Source: Bacteroidota bacterium
GTDB taxonomy: Bacteria > Bacteroidota > Bacteroidia > Chitinophagales > BACL12
NCBI GenBank assembly: GCA_029571985.1
Contig: JAKQVC010000130.1
Location: 53,741-117,740 of the forward strand
Length of the DNA stretch: 64,000 nt
Direction: 5' to 3'
Every line of letters begins with the position of its first letter. The first letter of the stretch is position 1. The notes below the pieces were generated by a model that saw nothing but the letters and a program-made list of their open reading frames with translations, was not told the origin of the DNA and searched no databases. This document shows positions 9,880 to 19,045 of the stretch, piece by piece. A program made the translations under genes and the position numbers.

Positions 9880-10665
9880 TGTGGTTGCCTTGCAACCACC
9901 TGGTTTACATGCGCACCCGTCATTGCAAGCCGCAACCCAAGGAGCGGCGAAGCAATCCAGCCGATCGCAAGAGCAGTATGCCATTAAGCCTTATTCCTTC
10001 ATAAAAAGGTAGTGAGTAGTGCCTGCTATGAAGTGAAGGTTTTTGCAGCGCAGCGGAGAAAAGCTTCTACTTCATAGGGTAGTGAGTAGTGAGATGAATG
10101 CAGGTCGACTTCGTCGAGGGTGTGTGTGGCGAACAAACTGGCTGAGCGCAAGAGCAGAATTCCTTTAAAAAATCCTACAAATCAAAAGTTAACTAACTAT
10201 CAGCAAGATTGCTTCGCTGCGCCTGCCTCTGCTGCGCGCCGTCAGGCTTGCTCGCAATGACGACTTTCATCAGCAAGAGGTGGTTGCAAAGCAACCACGT
10301 AAATTAAACGCATTACTGTCATTGCGAGCCGCGACCCAAGGAGCGGCGAAGCAATCTAGCCGATCGCAAGAGCATCATTCCTATAAAAAATCCTTCGAAT
10401 TTAAAGTTAATTAACCATCAGCAAGATTGCTTCGCAGCGCCTGCCTCTGCTGCGCGCCGTCAGGCTTGCTCGCAATGACGGGAAACTTAACCGAGAGGTG
10501 GTTGCTTCGCAACCACATAAGTTAAACGCATCATCGTCATAGCGAGCCGCGACCCAAGGAGCGGCGAAGCAATCTCGCCGAGCACAAGAGCAGAATTCAA
10601 TTCAGCATCATTCCTTATTCCTCACTCCTCATTCCTCATTCCTTTTTCCTTATTCCTCATTCCTT
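9880..10665. repeat. Nested palindromic repeat cluster (GTCATTGCGAG...GAAGCAATC elements, GTGGTTGC-n-GCAACCAC hairpins, heptamer repeats)
   Basis: Three forward elements (~9918, ~10317, ~10536) and two complementary elements (~10206, ~10424). Hairpins at ~9881, ~10280, ~10498. 57-bp element at 10021-10077. ATTCCTC tract at ~10609-10663. Confidence 0.85.
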
Positions 10666-10718
10666 TCCAAATCCCAAATGAACTTTTTACCCACTAAGCC
10701 TGTTTCACACACAAATGC

Positions 10719-10737
10719 ATGTATATACATACATTTG
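10719..10737 (+). promoter_or_regulatory. Palindromic operator ATGTATATACAT overlapping the -7 promoter element TACATTTG of pirin-yceI
   Basis: Perfect 12-bp palindrome at 10719-10730; TAnnTTTG at 10730-10737. Confidence 0.55.
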
Positions 10738-10747
10738 CATCAAGGAT

Positions 10748-11461
10748 ATGAAAACGATTTTACATACAGCAGATTCGCGCGGTCACGCCAATCATGGTTG
10801 GCTGGATAGCTGGCATACGTTCAGTTTTGGCCATTATTATGACCCGTCGAGAGTGCGTTTTGGTGTGTTGCGTGTTTTAAATGATGATACCGTAGCCGGG
10901 GGTATGGGTTTCGGCCGACACCCGCATGATAACATGGAAATCATCAGCATCCCCTTAGAGGGTGATTTAAAACATCAGGACAGCATGGGCAATGTAGCTG
11001 TAATTAAACATGGCGATATACAGGTGATGAGCGCCGGAACCGGTATTCAACACAGTGAACAAAATGCACATACCGACAGGCCGGTTAAATTCCTGCAAAT
11101 CTGGGTGATGCCCAATAAACAAAATGTGACACCACGTTATGATCAAATAACATTGAATAGCGCCGACAGCAAAAATACTTTGCAACAAGTGCTTTCACCG
11201 AATGCAGATGATGCCGGTGTTTGGATTCATCAGCATGCGTGGTTTCACCTGGGTACATTCGATGCCGGAATGCGAGCAACATACACCCAAAAAGTAGCCG
11301 AAAACGGCACCTATTTTTTTGTGCTCGAAGGCAGCTTTATCATCAACAACCAACAACTCAATCGACGTGACGGATTGGGCGTGGAAGAAAATTCAATTCA
11401 CTCCATAGAAGCACTTTCATCGGATAGCAAAATATTAGTAATAGAAGTGCCAATGGGGTGA
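10748..11461 (+). CDS. Pirin family protein (YhhW-like)
   Basis: 'RGHANHGWLDSWHTFSF', 'GFGRHPHDNMEI', 'MSAGTGIQHSE', 'FLQIW'. Confidence 0.93.
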   Translation: MKTILHTADSRGHANHGWLDSWHTFSFGHYYDPSRVRFGVLRVLNDDTVAGGMGFGRHPHDNMEIISIPLEGDLKHQDSMGNVAVIKHGDIQVMSAGTGIQHSEQNAHTDRPVKFLQIWVMPNKQNVTPRYDQITLNSADSKNTLQQVLSPNADDAGVWIHQHAWFHLGTFDAGMRATYTQKVAENGTYFFVLEGSFIINNQQLNRRDGLGVEENSIHSIEALSSDSKILVIEVPMG

Positions 11462-11566
11462 GTGGTGAGTAGTGAGTGGTGAATAGTGAGTGGTGAGTGG
11501 TGAGTAGTGAGTGGTGAATAGTGAGTGGTGAGTGGTGAATAGTGAGTGGTGAATGGTGAGTGGTGA
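11458..11566. repeat. Heptamer tandem repeat (GTGAGTG/GTGAATA/GTGAGTA), about 15 units
   Basis: Directly visible between pirin and yceI; followed by a partial cttaccgccttcccggc repeat at 11610-11626. Confidence 0.9.
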
Positions 11567-11670
11567 AGTTGGGCGTGCCCGGAAGTGAATTTTTGCGGCT
11601 TCTTCCCGGCTTACCGCCTTCCCGGCTCCTGAATTTTGGACTTGAACACAATTTTAAAACAATCATAAAA

Positions 11671-12219
11671 ATGGAAGCAACAGCAACAAGAACAAAATGG
11701 ATCGTTGATCCTACGCATTCCTCAATTGGATTTAGCGTGAAGCACATGATGATGACAACAGTACGTGGCGAATTTGAACGCTATACCGTTGAAGCAGAAA
11801 CCATTGGCGAAGATTTTTTAACGGCAAACATTACTTTTTCCGCCGAAACTGCAAGCGTGAACACCCGTAACGAACAGCGAGATGGTCACTTGAAAAGTGA
11901 TGATTTTTTCAATGCAGAAAAATTTCCAACCATTACATTTAAGCCGACAAAATTGGAGCGTGTAGATAACGACGATATGTACACCATGTACGGCGATCTT
12001 ACTATACGCGACATTACCAAAAACATCAAATTAGATGTTGAATTTGGTGGCGTATTAAAAAACCCTTGGGGAAGCACCGTTGCCGGTTTTATCATCAACG
12101 GAAAAATCAACCGCAAAGAATGGAATCTGAACTGGAATGCCGCGTTGGAAGCAGGTGGTGTTTTAGTGAGTGAAGAAGTACGTATTCACGCAGAAATTCA
12201 ATTGGTGGAAGCGCAGTAA
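11671..12219 (+). CDS. yceI: YceI family polyisoprenoid-binding protein
   Basis: 'WIVDPTHSSIGFSVKHMM', 'RDGHLKSDDFF', 'GDLTIRDITK', 'INRKEW'. Confidence 0.92.
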   Translation: MEATATRTKWIVDPTHSSIGFSVKHMMMTTVRGEFERYTVEAETIGEDFLTANITFSAETASVNTRNEQRDGHLKSDDFFNAEKFPTITFKPTKLERVDNDDMYTMYGDLTIRDITKNIKLDVEFGGVLKNPWGSTVAGFIINGKINRKEWNLNWNAALEAGGVLVSEEVRIHAEIQLVEAQ

Positions 12220-12222
12220 GCA
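12086..12222 (+). repeat. 137-bp direct repeat, copy 1 (3' end of yceI)
   Basis: Matches 14816-14952 with 4 substitutions. Confidence 0.95.
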
Positions 12223-12235
12223 GCTGCGCATCTTT

Positions 12236-12274
12236 GCAACAATAAGCCACTTATTCGTAGTGGTTTATTGTTGC
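12236..12274. terminator. Hairpin between convergent yceI and T9SS gene (probable terminator)
   Basis: gcaacaataagccac...gtggtttattgttgc long stem. Confidence 0.6.
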
Positions 12275-12331
12275 TTCTTTATTGCTGAATGAATGGTTTT
12301 GTTGATAAAACAACCATGCAACGGAAAAGCC

Positions 12332-14287
12332 TTATTGTTTAATAAAATAGCACTGCATTATACCTTCCGGATATAGAATTCGGACGCAATATAATGCTGC
12401 AGGCAAACTGTCGATTGCCAAAATTTCGCCACTCCAATTTTTTATCTCAAATACCTGTTCGCCTGATGGGTTGAACACCTGTAACGTTCCCCCGGTAGGC
12501 ATTTCAGTTTCAATCCGTATATAATCTGCTGCCGGCACCGGATATACTTGTAGCACACCTGCACCGTAACCATCAACCACCAGGCCTTCATCATTTAATC
12601 CATCGCAATCATCATCAATGCCATTGAGTAACTCAATTGCTTCCGGATAAATGTCCGGATTATTGTCGTTGCAGTCTAACGAGTCTGATACATAACCTGC
12701 TAAACCCGGACAACCTAATGAGTCTGCTTCCTGGTTTCCATAAGAATCACCATCGGCATCTGCATATTGCAGCACATACACAAAACCTTCGTCCACCACA
12801 CCATCGCAATTATCGTCAATGCCATTGCATTGTTCTGGTAGTTCCGGATGAATCAAGGCATTTGTATCTATACAATCTGTATTATCTAAAACATAACCAA
12901 GTGTATCTGTGCAGGAATAAACATATACATCTGGGTTGCCATATCCATCAAAATCGGTATCAGCGTAGTATTGAACCGGGGTGCAATTCAAAGAAAGTTT
13001 TACAACCCAAGCATCATACATATAGGGAGGGCCACCATGGATACCAATTACATCACCATCGTTGGACGAAGTATATCCTGCGATTGTAATTTCACTTCCA
13101 TCAACAATTGCTTCAGATGCTTGATCGTGGCCTGTTCCACCCAAACATCTTTGCCATTGGATTATACTTGAACTGTCAACACCTAGCACCCACATATCTC
13201 CAACCGGACCACCCCCATGAAACCCATCGACATCACCATTATTAGGCGAGGTTGTTGCACCAGAAATAATAAATGTATTAATGTTATACATAGTTAGTTC
13301 AAATCCGTAATCTGCACCAGATCCACCATAAGATCTTGACCAAACCAATTCACCCGAACCATCCAATAATAAAGTCCAGGCATCTCTGCTACCGTGTGCA
13401 CCATATACATCACCATCTGAAGAATAAGCCTCTCCTGATACTAAGTATCTTCCGGGAGATATTTCAACTATTGTATAGGCTTGATCAAAATCAGAACCAC
13501 CATAGGTTTGTTCCCAAATAATATCACCGGTTAATGAAATTTTAGTGATATAATACTGGCTTTCTAAATCAAATCCTCCCCATTTATTACCTGCTATTAT
13601 GAAGTTTCCATCAGTTGTTTCTATTACCTGCCGGCCAGCATCGTCACGATTTGAACCAAAGCTTTTCGACCACTCCACAACACCGAGTGAATTTAACTTC
13701 ACAACCACCATATCACCATATTCCGTGCTACCAATATGATCTATAAAAAGTCCGTCGTTAGAGTGACTGACTCCGGTAATAATAAAACCCTTGTCGCTGG
13801 TTTGCAAAATTTTATAGGCGCGCTCATCTTGTGAGCCATTAATTACGGTTTGCCACAGGATATTGCCCAAAGTATCAAGCTTAATAACGACTATATCACC
13901 TAAACCAAAATTGGTATCAATAAGACCATCACTAGAACTTGAATGCCCACAAAAAACAATACACGAATCTATAGTGCGAATTATAGACTCTGGGTAATCT
14001 TCACCGGATCCGCCAATGGACTTTTGCCAAAGCAAATCACCGGCATCGCTTAAACGTGTTACCCACATATCAAAAACACCAAAAGTCTCAGTGAGGTCAC
14101 CGTCATCAGATGTCGTGGTTGAGACAATATAATAATCCGAACTAAAGCCGCGACAAATAGCTTCACCATACTCCGTTTCCATACCCCCTAAGCACCTTTG
14201 CCAAGCCAGATTTACTATCTGAGCTCGAACACTTATTTTGATTCCGGATAAAAGCAAAACAAACAACCATATATGTAACTTGGTCAT
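12332..14287 (-). CDS. T9SS type A-sorted surface protein with beta-propeller-like repeats and MopE-related Cys/Asp motifs
   Basis: Signal peptide; repeated 'WQKSIGGSGED'-type blades; 'YYADTDFDGYG...DCIDTN...CNGIDDNCDG' repeats; C-terminal 'VYPVPA...YFIKQ'. Confidence 0.85.
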   Translation of the reverse strand: MTKLHIWLFVLLLSGIKISVRAQIVNLAWQRCLGGMETEYGEAICRGFSSDYYIVSTTTSDDGDLTETFGVFDMWVTRLSDAGDLLWQKSIGGSGEDYPESIIRTIDSCIVFCGHSSSSDGLIDTNFGLGDIVVIKLDTLGNILWQTVINGSQDERAYKILQTSDKGFIITGVSHSNDGLFIDHIGSTEYGDMVVVKLNSLGVVEWSKSFGSNRDDAGRQVIETTDGNFIIAGNKWGGFDLESQYYITKISLTGDIIWEQTYGGSDFDQAYTIVEISPGRYLVSGEAYSSDGDVYGAHGSRDAWTLLLDGSGELVWSRSYGGSGADYGFELTMYNINTFIISGATTSPNNGDVDGFHGGGPVGDMWVLGVDSSSIIQWQRCLGGTGHDQASEAIVDGSEITIAGYTSSNDGDVIGIHGGPPYMYDAWVVKLSLNCTPVQYYADTDFDGYGNPDVYVYSCTDTLGYVLDNTDCIDTNALIHPELPEQCNGIDDNCDGVVDEGFVYVLQYADADGDSYGNQEADSLGCPGLAGYVSDSLDCNDNNPDIYPEAIELLNGIDDDCDGLNDEGLVVDGYGAGVLQVYPVPAADYIRIETEMPTGGTLQVFNPSGEQVFEIKNWSGEILAIDSLPAALYCVRILYPEGIMQCYFIKQ

Positions 14288-14400
14288 AACAGTAAGTTTG
14301 CCATAATGAATTATTTATTTTGAAATTTCTACTAGCATAATGATTAGCTTTATTATTGATGTGCTAAAATAGGTATATTTGATAACCGAAATATACAACC

Positions 14401-14733
14401 ATGAAAACACAAAACCAAATGTTGAGCTATGAAAATAGACAATCTGGTAATAAACCTCAACCTCTATTTTTACTTTTTGCAGTCCTCGCATTTACTTTAA
14501 CTGCATTTATTCGGCCGGTAGTCTATAGTTCTACATGCCATTTCAGTACTTGAACCGAATTGATTCAAATACGAGTACAAGTTTTCAATTTCTCTGGCAT
14601 GGTTGTTAAAGATGTTCAAGTAGTAGAAGGCGAAAGAATTAAAATAGATGATTTGCCTTCTGGGATGTATAGCGTATTCATTTCTGGCGACACCACTTTG
14701 CCTGAAATGCATAGCTTAATAAAAATTGAATAG
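14401..14733 (+). pseudogene. Remnant of a T9SS cargo gene: signal-peptide-like N-terminus plus in-frame CTD fragment, interrupted by TGA
   Basis: Manual translation: MKTQNQ...PLFLLFAVLAFTLTAFIRPVVYSSTCHFST*(14551-14553)TELIQIRVQVFNFSGMVVKDVQVVEGERIKIDDLPSGMYSVFISGDTTLPEMHSLIKIE*. Confidence 0.6.
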
Positions 14734-14815
14734 TATCTATGGGATTCCAGTTGAACTGTTTCGCATTTATTAATAAGATAAAATAATAATACCCACTTTC
14801 ATCGCACCATACTCA

Positions 14816-14952
14816 GTTTTATCATCAACGGAAAAATCAACCGCAAAGAATGGAATCTGAACTGGAATGCGGCGTTGGAAGCAGGTGGTGTTTTAGTGAG
14901 TGAGGAAGTACGCATTCACGCAGAAATTCAATTGGTAGAAGCGCAGTAAGCA
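14816..14952 (+). repeat. 137-bp direct repeat, copy 2 (orphan yceI 3' end including stop codon)
   Basis: Encodes the same C-terminal peptide IINGKINRKEW...IQLVEAQ* as yceI. Confidence 0.95.
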
Positions 14953-14969
14953 ATTAGTTACGTACAATT

Positions 14970-15001
14970 AAAAGGCCCCTTTCACCGAAGGGGTCTTTTT
15001 T
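14970..15001 (+). terminator. Intrinsic terminator after the orphan yceI 3' copy
   Basis: aaaaggcccctt-tcaccg-aaggggtctttttt. Confidence 0.8.
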
Positions 15002-15078
15002 GTTGCCCTTACAAACAACAATCAGTTGTGGTCGGCATCAACCCTTTCCAAGCCTTTTTCCTTATTTTTGCTCCCATC

Positions 15079-15846
15079 ATGCACATGCATCGCCCTATCC
15101 TGAACCAAATGACTGCCGATATGCGCAGCGGATTGAAGAAATTCGCCGTGCTCATCGACCCGGATGAGGTAGGGCCTGTTGAGCTCAAACGCTTGGTGGA
15201 ATTGGGTTTGGAGAGTCATGTCGACTATTTTTTTGTGGGTGGAAGCCTTGTGATTGGGGATGCCATGGATATGACCATCCGCAACCTGAAAGAGCATAGC
15301 CCTATCCCGGTGGTTATTTTTCCGGGCAGTATTATGCAGGTCAACCCACATGCCGATGCACTCCTGTTTTTAAGCCTGATTAGTGGTCGCAACCCCGAAT
15401 TATTGATCGGTAATCAGGTTTTGGCAGCTCCGTATGTGAAAAAATCCGGTATTGAAGCGATTCCAACCGGTTATATACTCGTTGATGGAGGTGCACCCAC
15501 AACAGTAAGTTATATTTCGAATACTACGCCTATACCATCCGACAAGCCTGAAATAGCCGCTTGTACGGCCATGGCCGGCGAATTGCTTGGCATGCAACTC
15601 ATGTATATGGATGCCGGCAGTGGCGCAAAAAGGCCTATACCCACCGAAGTCATCCATGCCGTGCGCAAGCATACGGATGTGCCCATCATTGTGGGCGGAG
15701 GTATAAAAACACCTGAAAAAGCCTACGAAAATTGCAATGCCGGTGCCGACATCATTGTGGTTGGCAATGCTATCGAAAAAGACACTTCGCTGATTCAGGA
15801 AATTGCATTCGCGATCCATTCTGCCTCCGTGGCATCACCGCGTTGA
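15079..15846 (+). CDS. pcrB: Geranylgeranylglyceryl/heptaprenylglyceryl phosphate synthase (PcrB/GGGPS family)
   Basis: 'AVLIDPD', 'FFVGGS', 'SLISGRNPELLIG', 'YMDAGSGA', 'IVGGGI'. Confidence 0.9.
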   Translation: MHMHRPILNQMTADMRSGLKKFAVLIDPDEVGPVELKRLVELGLESHVDYFFVGGSLVIGDAMDMTIRNLKEHSPIPVVIFPGSIMQVNPHADALLFLSLISGRNPELLIGNQVLAAPYVKKSGIEAIPTGYILVDGGAPTTVSYISNTTPIPSDKPEIAACTAMAGELLGMQLMYMDAGSGAKRPIPTEVIHAVRKHTDVPIIVGGGIKTPEKAYENCNAGADIIVVGNAIEKDTSLIQEIAFAIHSASVASPR

Positions 15847-15859
15847 TCAACTGCGATCT

Positions 15860-16783
15860 ATGACGGGTACAGTAATTCAAAGCACAGGTAGTTTTTATGA
15901 TGTGAAAACCGAAACAGGCGAGATTATTGTTTGTCGCCTGAAAGGTCGCATGCGCCTCGAGGATAAAAAACAAACAAATCCGGTTGCCGTTGGCGATTTA
16001 GTGGATGTAGAGCAGGATGATAAAGAGAATTATGTAATCGCATCAGTACAACAACGCAGAAATTATATCGTACGCAGCGATACACACAAAAAGCATGTTA
16101 AACAGGTAATAGCAGCCAATATTGATCAAACAGTTGTGGTGGCCACACTCAAACAGCCTCGCACTGCTTATGGATTTATTGATCGAGTTCTACTTACCAG
16201 TGAAGTATATGATATTCCGGCCGTTGTCATTTTTAATAAGCATGACATTTATGATGCTGCCGACAATGCATTATTGCAGGAATTAATCATCAGTTATACA
16301 GATGCCGGTTATGGTGCATTCAGCACTTCTGTAACCAATCGCGAACATGAACAGAAATTGTTTGAAGTGTTTCACAACAAAACTTCCTTAATCACAGGGC
16401 CATCCGGTGTTGGAAAATCATCCCTCGTAAATATGATTGAACCTGAGCTGCAGCTGCGTGTAAATGAAATTTCAAAATATTCGGAAAAAGGTCAGCACAC
16501 AACCACTTTTGCCCGCATGCACCAATTACCACATGGTGGATATATTATCGATACACCGGGCATTAAAGAATTTGGATTGGTAGATATTGATGCAGAAGAA
16601 GTAGGCCATTTTTTTCCTGAAATCAGAAAGTATATTGGCCAATGCAAGTTCAACAATTGCCTGCATATCAATGAAGATGGTTGTGTCATTCGCGAACAAT
16701 TGGAGGCTGGCACCTTTTCACCTTCACGGTATACAAGCTATCTGACTTTTTATCACGAAATTAAGGACACAAAAAAATGGTAA
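15860..16783 (+). CDS. rsgA: Ribosome small subunit-dependent GTPase A
   Basis: OB fold, NKHD, GPSGVGKSS, HTTT, DTPG, C-terminal CKFNNCLH..EDGC zinc finger. Confidence 0.95.
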   Translation: MTGTVIQSTGSFYDVKTETGEIIVCRLKGRMRLEDKKQTNPVAVGDLVDVEQDDKENYVIASVQQRRNYIVRSDTHKKHVKQVIAANIDQTVVVATLKQPRTAYGFIDRVLLTSEVYDIPAVVIFNKHDIYDAADNALLQELIISYTDAGYGAFSTSVTNREHEQKLFEVFHNKTSLITGPSGVGKSSLVNMIEPELQLRVNEISKYSEKGQHTTTFARMHQLPHGGYIIDTPGIKEFGLVDIDAEEVGHFFPEIRKYIGQCKFNNCLHINEDGCVIREQLEAGTFSPSRYTSYLTFYHEIKDTKKW

Positions 16784-16787
16784 TGCG

Positions 16788-17240
16788 ATGCGGGCAGTAA
16801 TTCAGAGAGTACAATCAGCAGTAGTTATCATTGATGGAAAAACACATGCTTCCATTCAAAAGGGTTTTGTTATTCTATTGGGTATAGAAGAAGCAGATAA
16901 TAGAGAAGACATACAATGGTTAACACAAAAAATTGTCGGATTGCGGGTGTTTGCCGATGCTGACGGATTGATGAATATCAACATTGCAGATGCAGGAGGT
17001 GAATTTTTAGTAGTGAGTCAGTTTACTTTATTCGCCTCAACAAAAAAAGGCAACCGTCCGTCATTTATTCGAAGTGCCAAACCGGATGTGGCCATTCCGC
17101 TTTATGAAGCGTTTGTGCAGGATTTGGAAAGTATCAGTGGCAAAGCCGTTCGAACAGGTATCTTTGGTGCAGATATGCAGGTGCAATTGGTCAACGACGG
17201 ACCTGTTACCATTATCATAGACACAAAAAATAAAGAGTAG
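16788..17240 (+). CDS. dtd: D-aminoacyl-tRNA deacylase
   Basis: 'MRAVIQRV', 'VSQFTL', 'FGADMQV.LVNDGPVT'. Confidence 0.96.
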   Translation: MRAVIQRVQSAVVIIDGKTHASIQKGFVILLGIEEADNREDIQWLTQKIVGLRVFADADGLMNINIADAGGEFLVVSQFTLFASTKKGNRPSFIRSAKPDVAIPLYEAFVQDLESISGKAVRTGIFGADMQVQLVNDGPVTIIIDTKNKE

Positions 17241-17242
17241 GT

Positions 17243-17875
17243 ATGAACGATAAGTGGAGAAAGTTTTTTTCAAGATATTTTGAGCTGATCTTACTGGCAT
17301 TCACGATTTTGTTTTTATTGATAAAACCCAATATGCGCAGCTATGGCGAACGCATTAGTATTTTATTTTTCGGGATGCTATCGTTTTACTACCTCGCCAG
17401 TGGCATTTTAGTATTCTTAGATAAAAATCGGATTGGTCGCATTATGCGATTGATGTATTTATTTGGCTTGTGGTCTGTTTCCGTCATGGTCATCGCCATT
17501 ATGACCAGAATTATGTTGTTACAATCCGACAAAGCCTTGTTGATTATTGCTATTTGCTCCACCATTGGCTTGCTCGGGTATATTATTTTATACTACCGCC
17601 GATTAGGTGATGAAGACCGCAAAGCATTATTGTATTTAATTCAGCCTCTATTTATCCGTGCTGTATTTGCCATGCTGGTAGGTATTGCTTTTTTAGTGGG
17701 CAGTAATTACAGTATTTACCGCATGTTCGGCACTTATCGTCGGGATCCGGTGTATATTGAAAAAATAGTACAGGCATACGAAAATCCGAAGGATAGTGTA
17801 ATGCTCAATAATTACAAAACATACGACGACTCAATTCGCACTCAAAAAAACGAAGTTGAAACGGAAACACCATAA
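17243..17875 (+). CDS. Hypothetical membrane protein
   Basis: About 5 hydrophobic segments; operonic between dtd and the MazG-like gene. Confidence 0.7.
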   Translation: MNDKWRKFFSRYFELILLAFTILFLLIKPNMRSYGERISILFFGMLSFYYLASGILVFLDKNRIGRIMRLMYLFGLWSVSVMVIAIMTRIMLLQSDKALLIIAICSTIGLLGYIILYYRRLGDEDRKALLYLIQPLFIRAVFAMLVGIAFLVGSNYSIYRMFGTYRRDPVYIEKIVQAYENPKDSVMLNNYKTYDDSIRTQKNEVETETP

Positions 17876-17893
17876 AGTATTCCATCAAATTAA

Positions 17894-18238
17894 ATGATAC
17901 CTGGCATGACCATCGCTGAAGCACAAAAAACTGTCGACACCTGGATACAAACCACCGGTGTCCGTTATTTTAATGAGCTCACCAATATGGCAATGCTCAC
18001 TGAGGAGGTGGGAGAAGTAGCCCGCATAATCGCGCGCAAATACGGTGAACAATCCTTCAAAGAAAGCGATAAAAACAAAGAACTTTCCGACGAGTTGGCA
18101 GATGTACTATTCGTACTCATCTGCCTCGCCAACCAAACCGGCATAGACCTAACCACCGCCCTCAAAAAAAACCTCGAAAAGAAAACAAACCGGGATAGTG
18201 AAAGGCATAAGGGGAATGAGAAGTTGGGGAGGGGGTGA
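17894..18238 (+). CDS. MazG-like nucleotide pyrophosphohydrolase (YpjD-like); start may be 17906
   Basis: 'LTEEVGEVAR', 'ELADVLFVLICLANQTGIDL'. Confidence 0.9.
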   Translation: MIPGMTIAEAQKTVDTWIQTTGVRYFNELTNMAMLTEEVGEVARIIARKYGEQSFKESDKNKELSDELADVLFVLICLANQTGIDLTTALKKNLEKKTNRDSERHKGNEKLGRG

Positions 18239-18245
18239 GGGGGTC

Positions 18246-19045
18246 AGTGGTGAATGGTGAGCGGTGAGTGAGATAATGTAATACGGCCTACGGCCTCAAA
18301 ATACAGCTTTCACTTATGATAATTGTAACCGAATAAACAATTTCATGCTCCTCCAAAATCCCTGCATTGTCTCACTACTCACTACCCACTACTCACTACC
18401 TTTTAATTGAGGAATGAGGAAAAGGGAATGCTCGTTAATTACGTTCCGCTCTTGCGATCGGATAGATTGCTTCGCCGCTCCTTGGGTCGCGGCTCGCAAT
18501 GACAGTAATGCGTTTAATTTAAGTGGTTGCTTTGCAACCACCTCTTGCTGATGATTAGTTTACTTTTAATTCGAAGGATTTTCTAAAGGAATTCCCCTCG
18601 CTACTTTACTGCATTCTAATGCATAAACCCCAACACACAAATCCGCCGTACGGCGGACACACTTGCATTTCCCATTGGTTAATCCCAAGCACTCGCGACT
18701 CCATTGTATTTCATCGGCTAATCCCGAGTACTCGGGACTCCGCTACGCTACGTCGGCTATCGATCAATTCTGCATTCATCGGCTAATTTTTCCTGCATTT
18801 CATTTCCACACTTCCACACGCAAATCCGCCGTACGGCGGACCTCACTTGCACACCTGCATTCATCCCGAGTACTCGGGACTCCGCTTCGCTGCGTCGGCT
18901 ATCGATCAATTCTGCATTCATCGGCACATCGGCTAATTGGCACATCGGCTAATCCCGAGTGCTCGGGACTCCGCTTCGTTGCGTCGGCTATCGATCAATT
19001 CTGCATTCATCGGCACATCGGCTAATTGGCTAATCGGCTAATTTT
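18246..19045. repeat. Nested intergenic repeat cluster (heptamers, GTCATTGCGAG element, CCCGAGTACTCGGG units, ATCGGCTA octamers)
   Basis: 18448-18553 is the reverse complement of ~10268-10373. Three atcccgagt(a/g)ctcgggactccgct...ggctatcgatcaattctgcattcatcggc units (~18722, ~18863, ~18952). Two tccgccgtacggcgga hairpins. Confidence 0.85.

Noticed and set aside
12086-14952. Diversity-generating retroelement TR/VR pair
   Set aside because: Mismatches are not adenine-specific (C/G, A/G, T/C, G/A), all are synonymous, and no reverse transcriptase is present.
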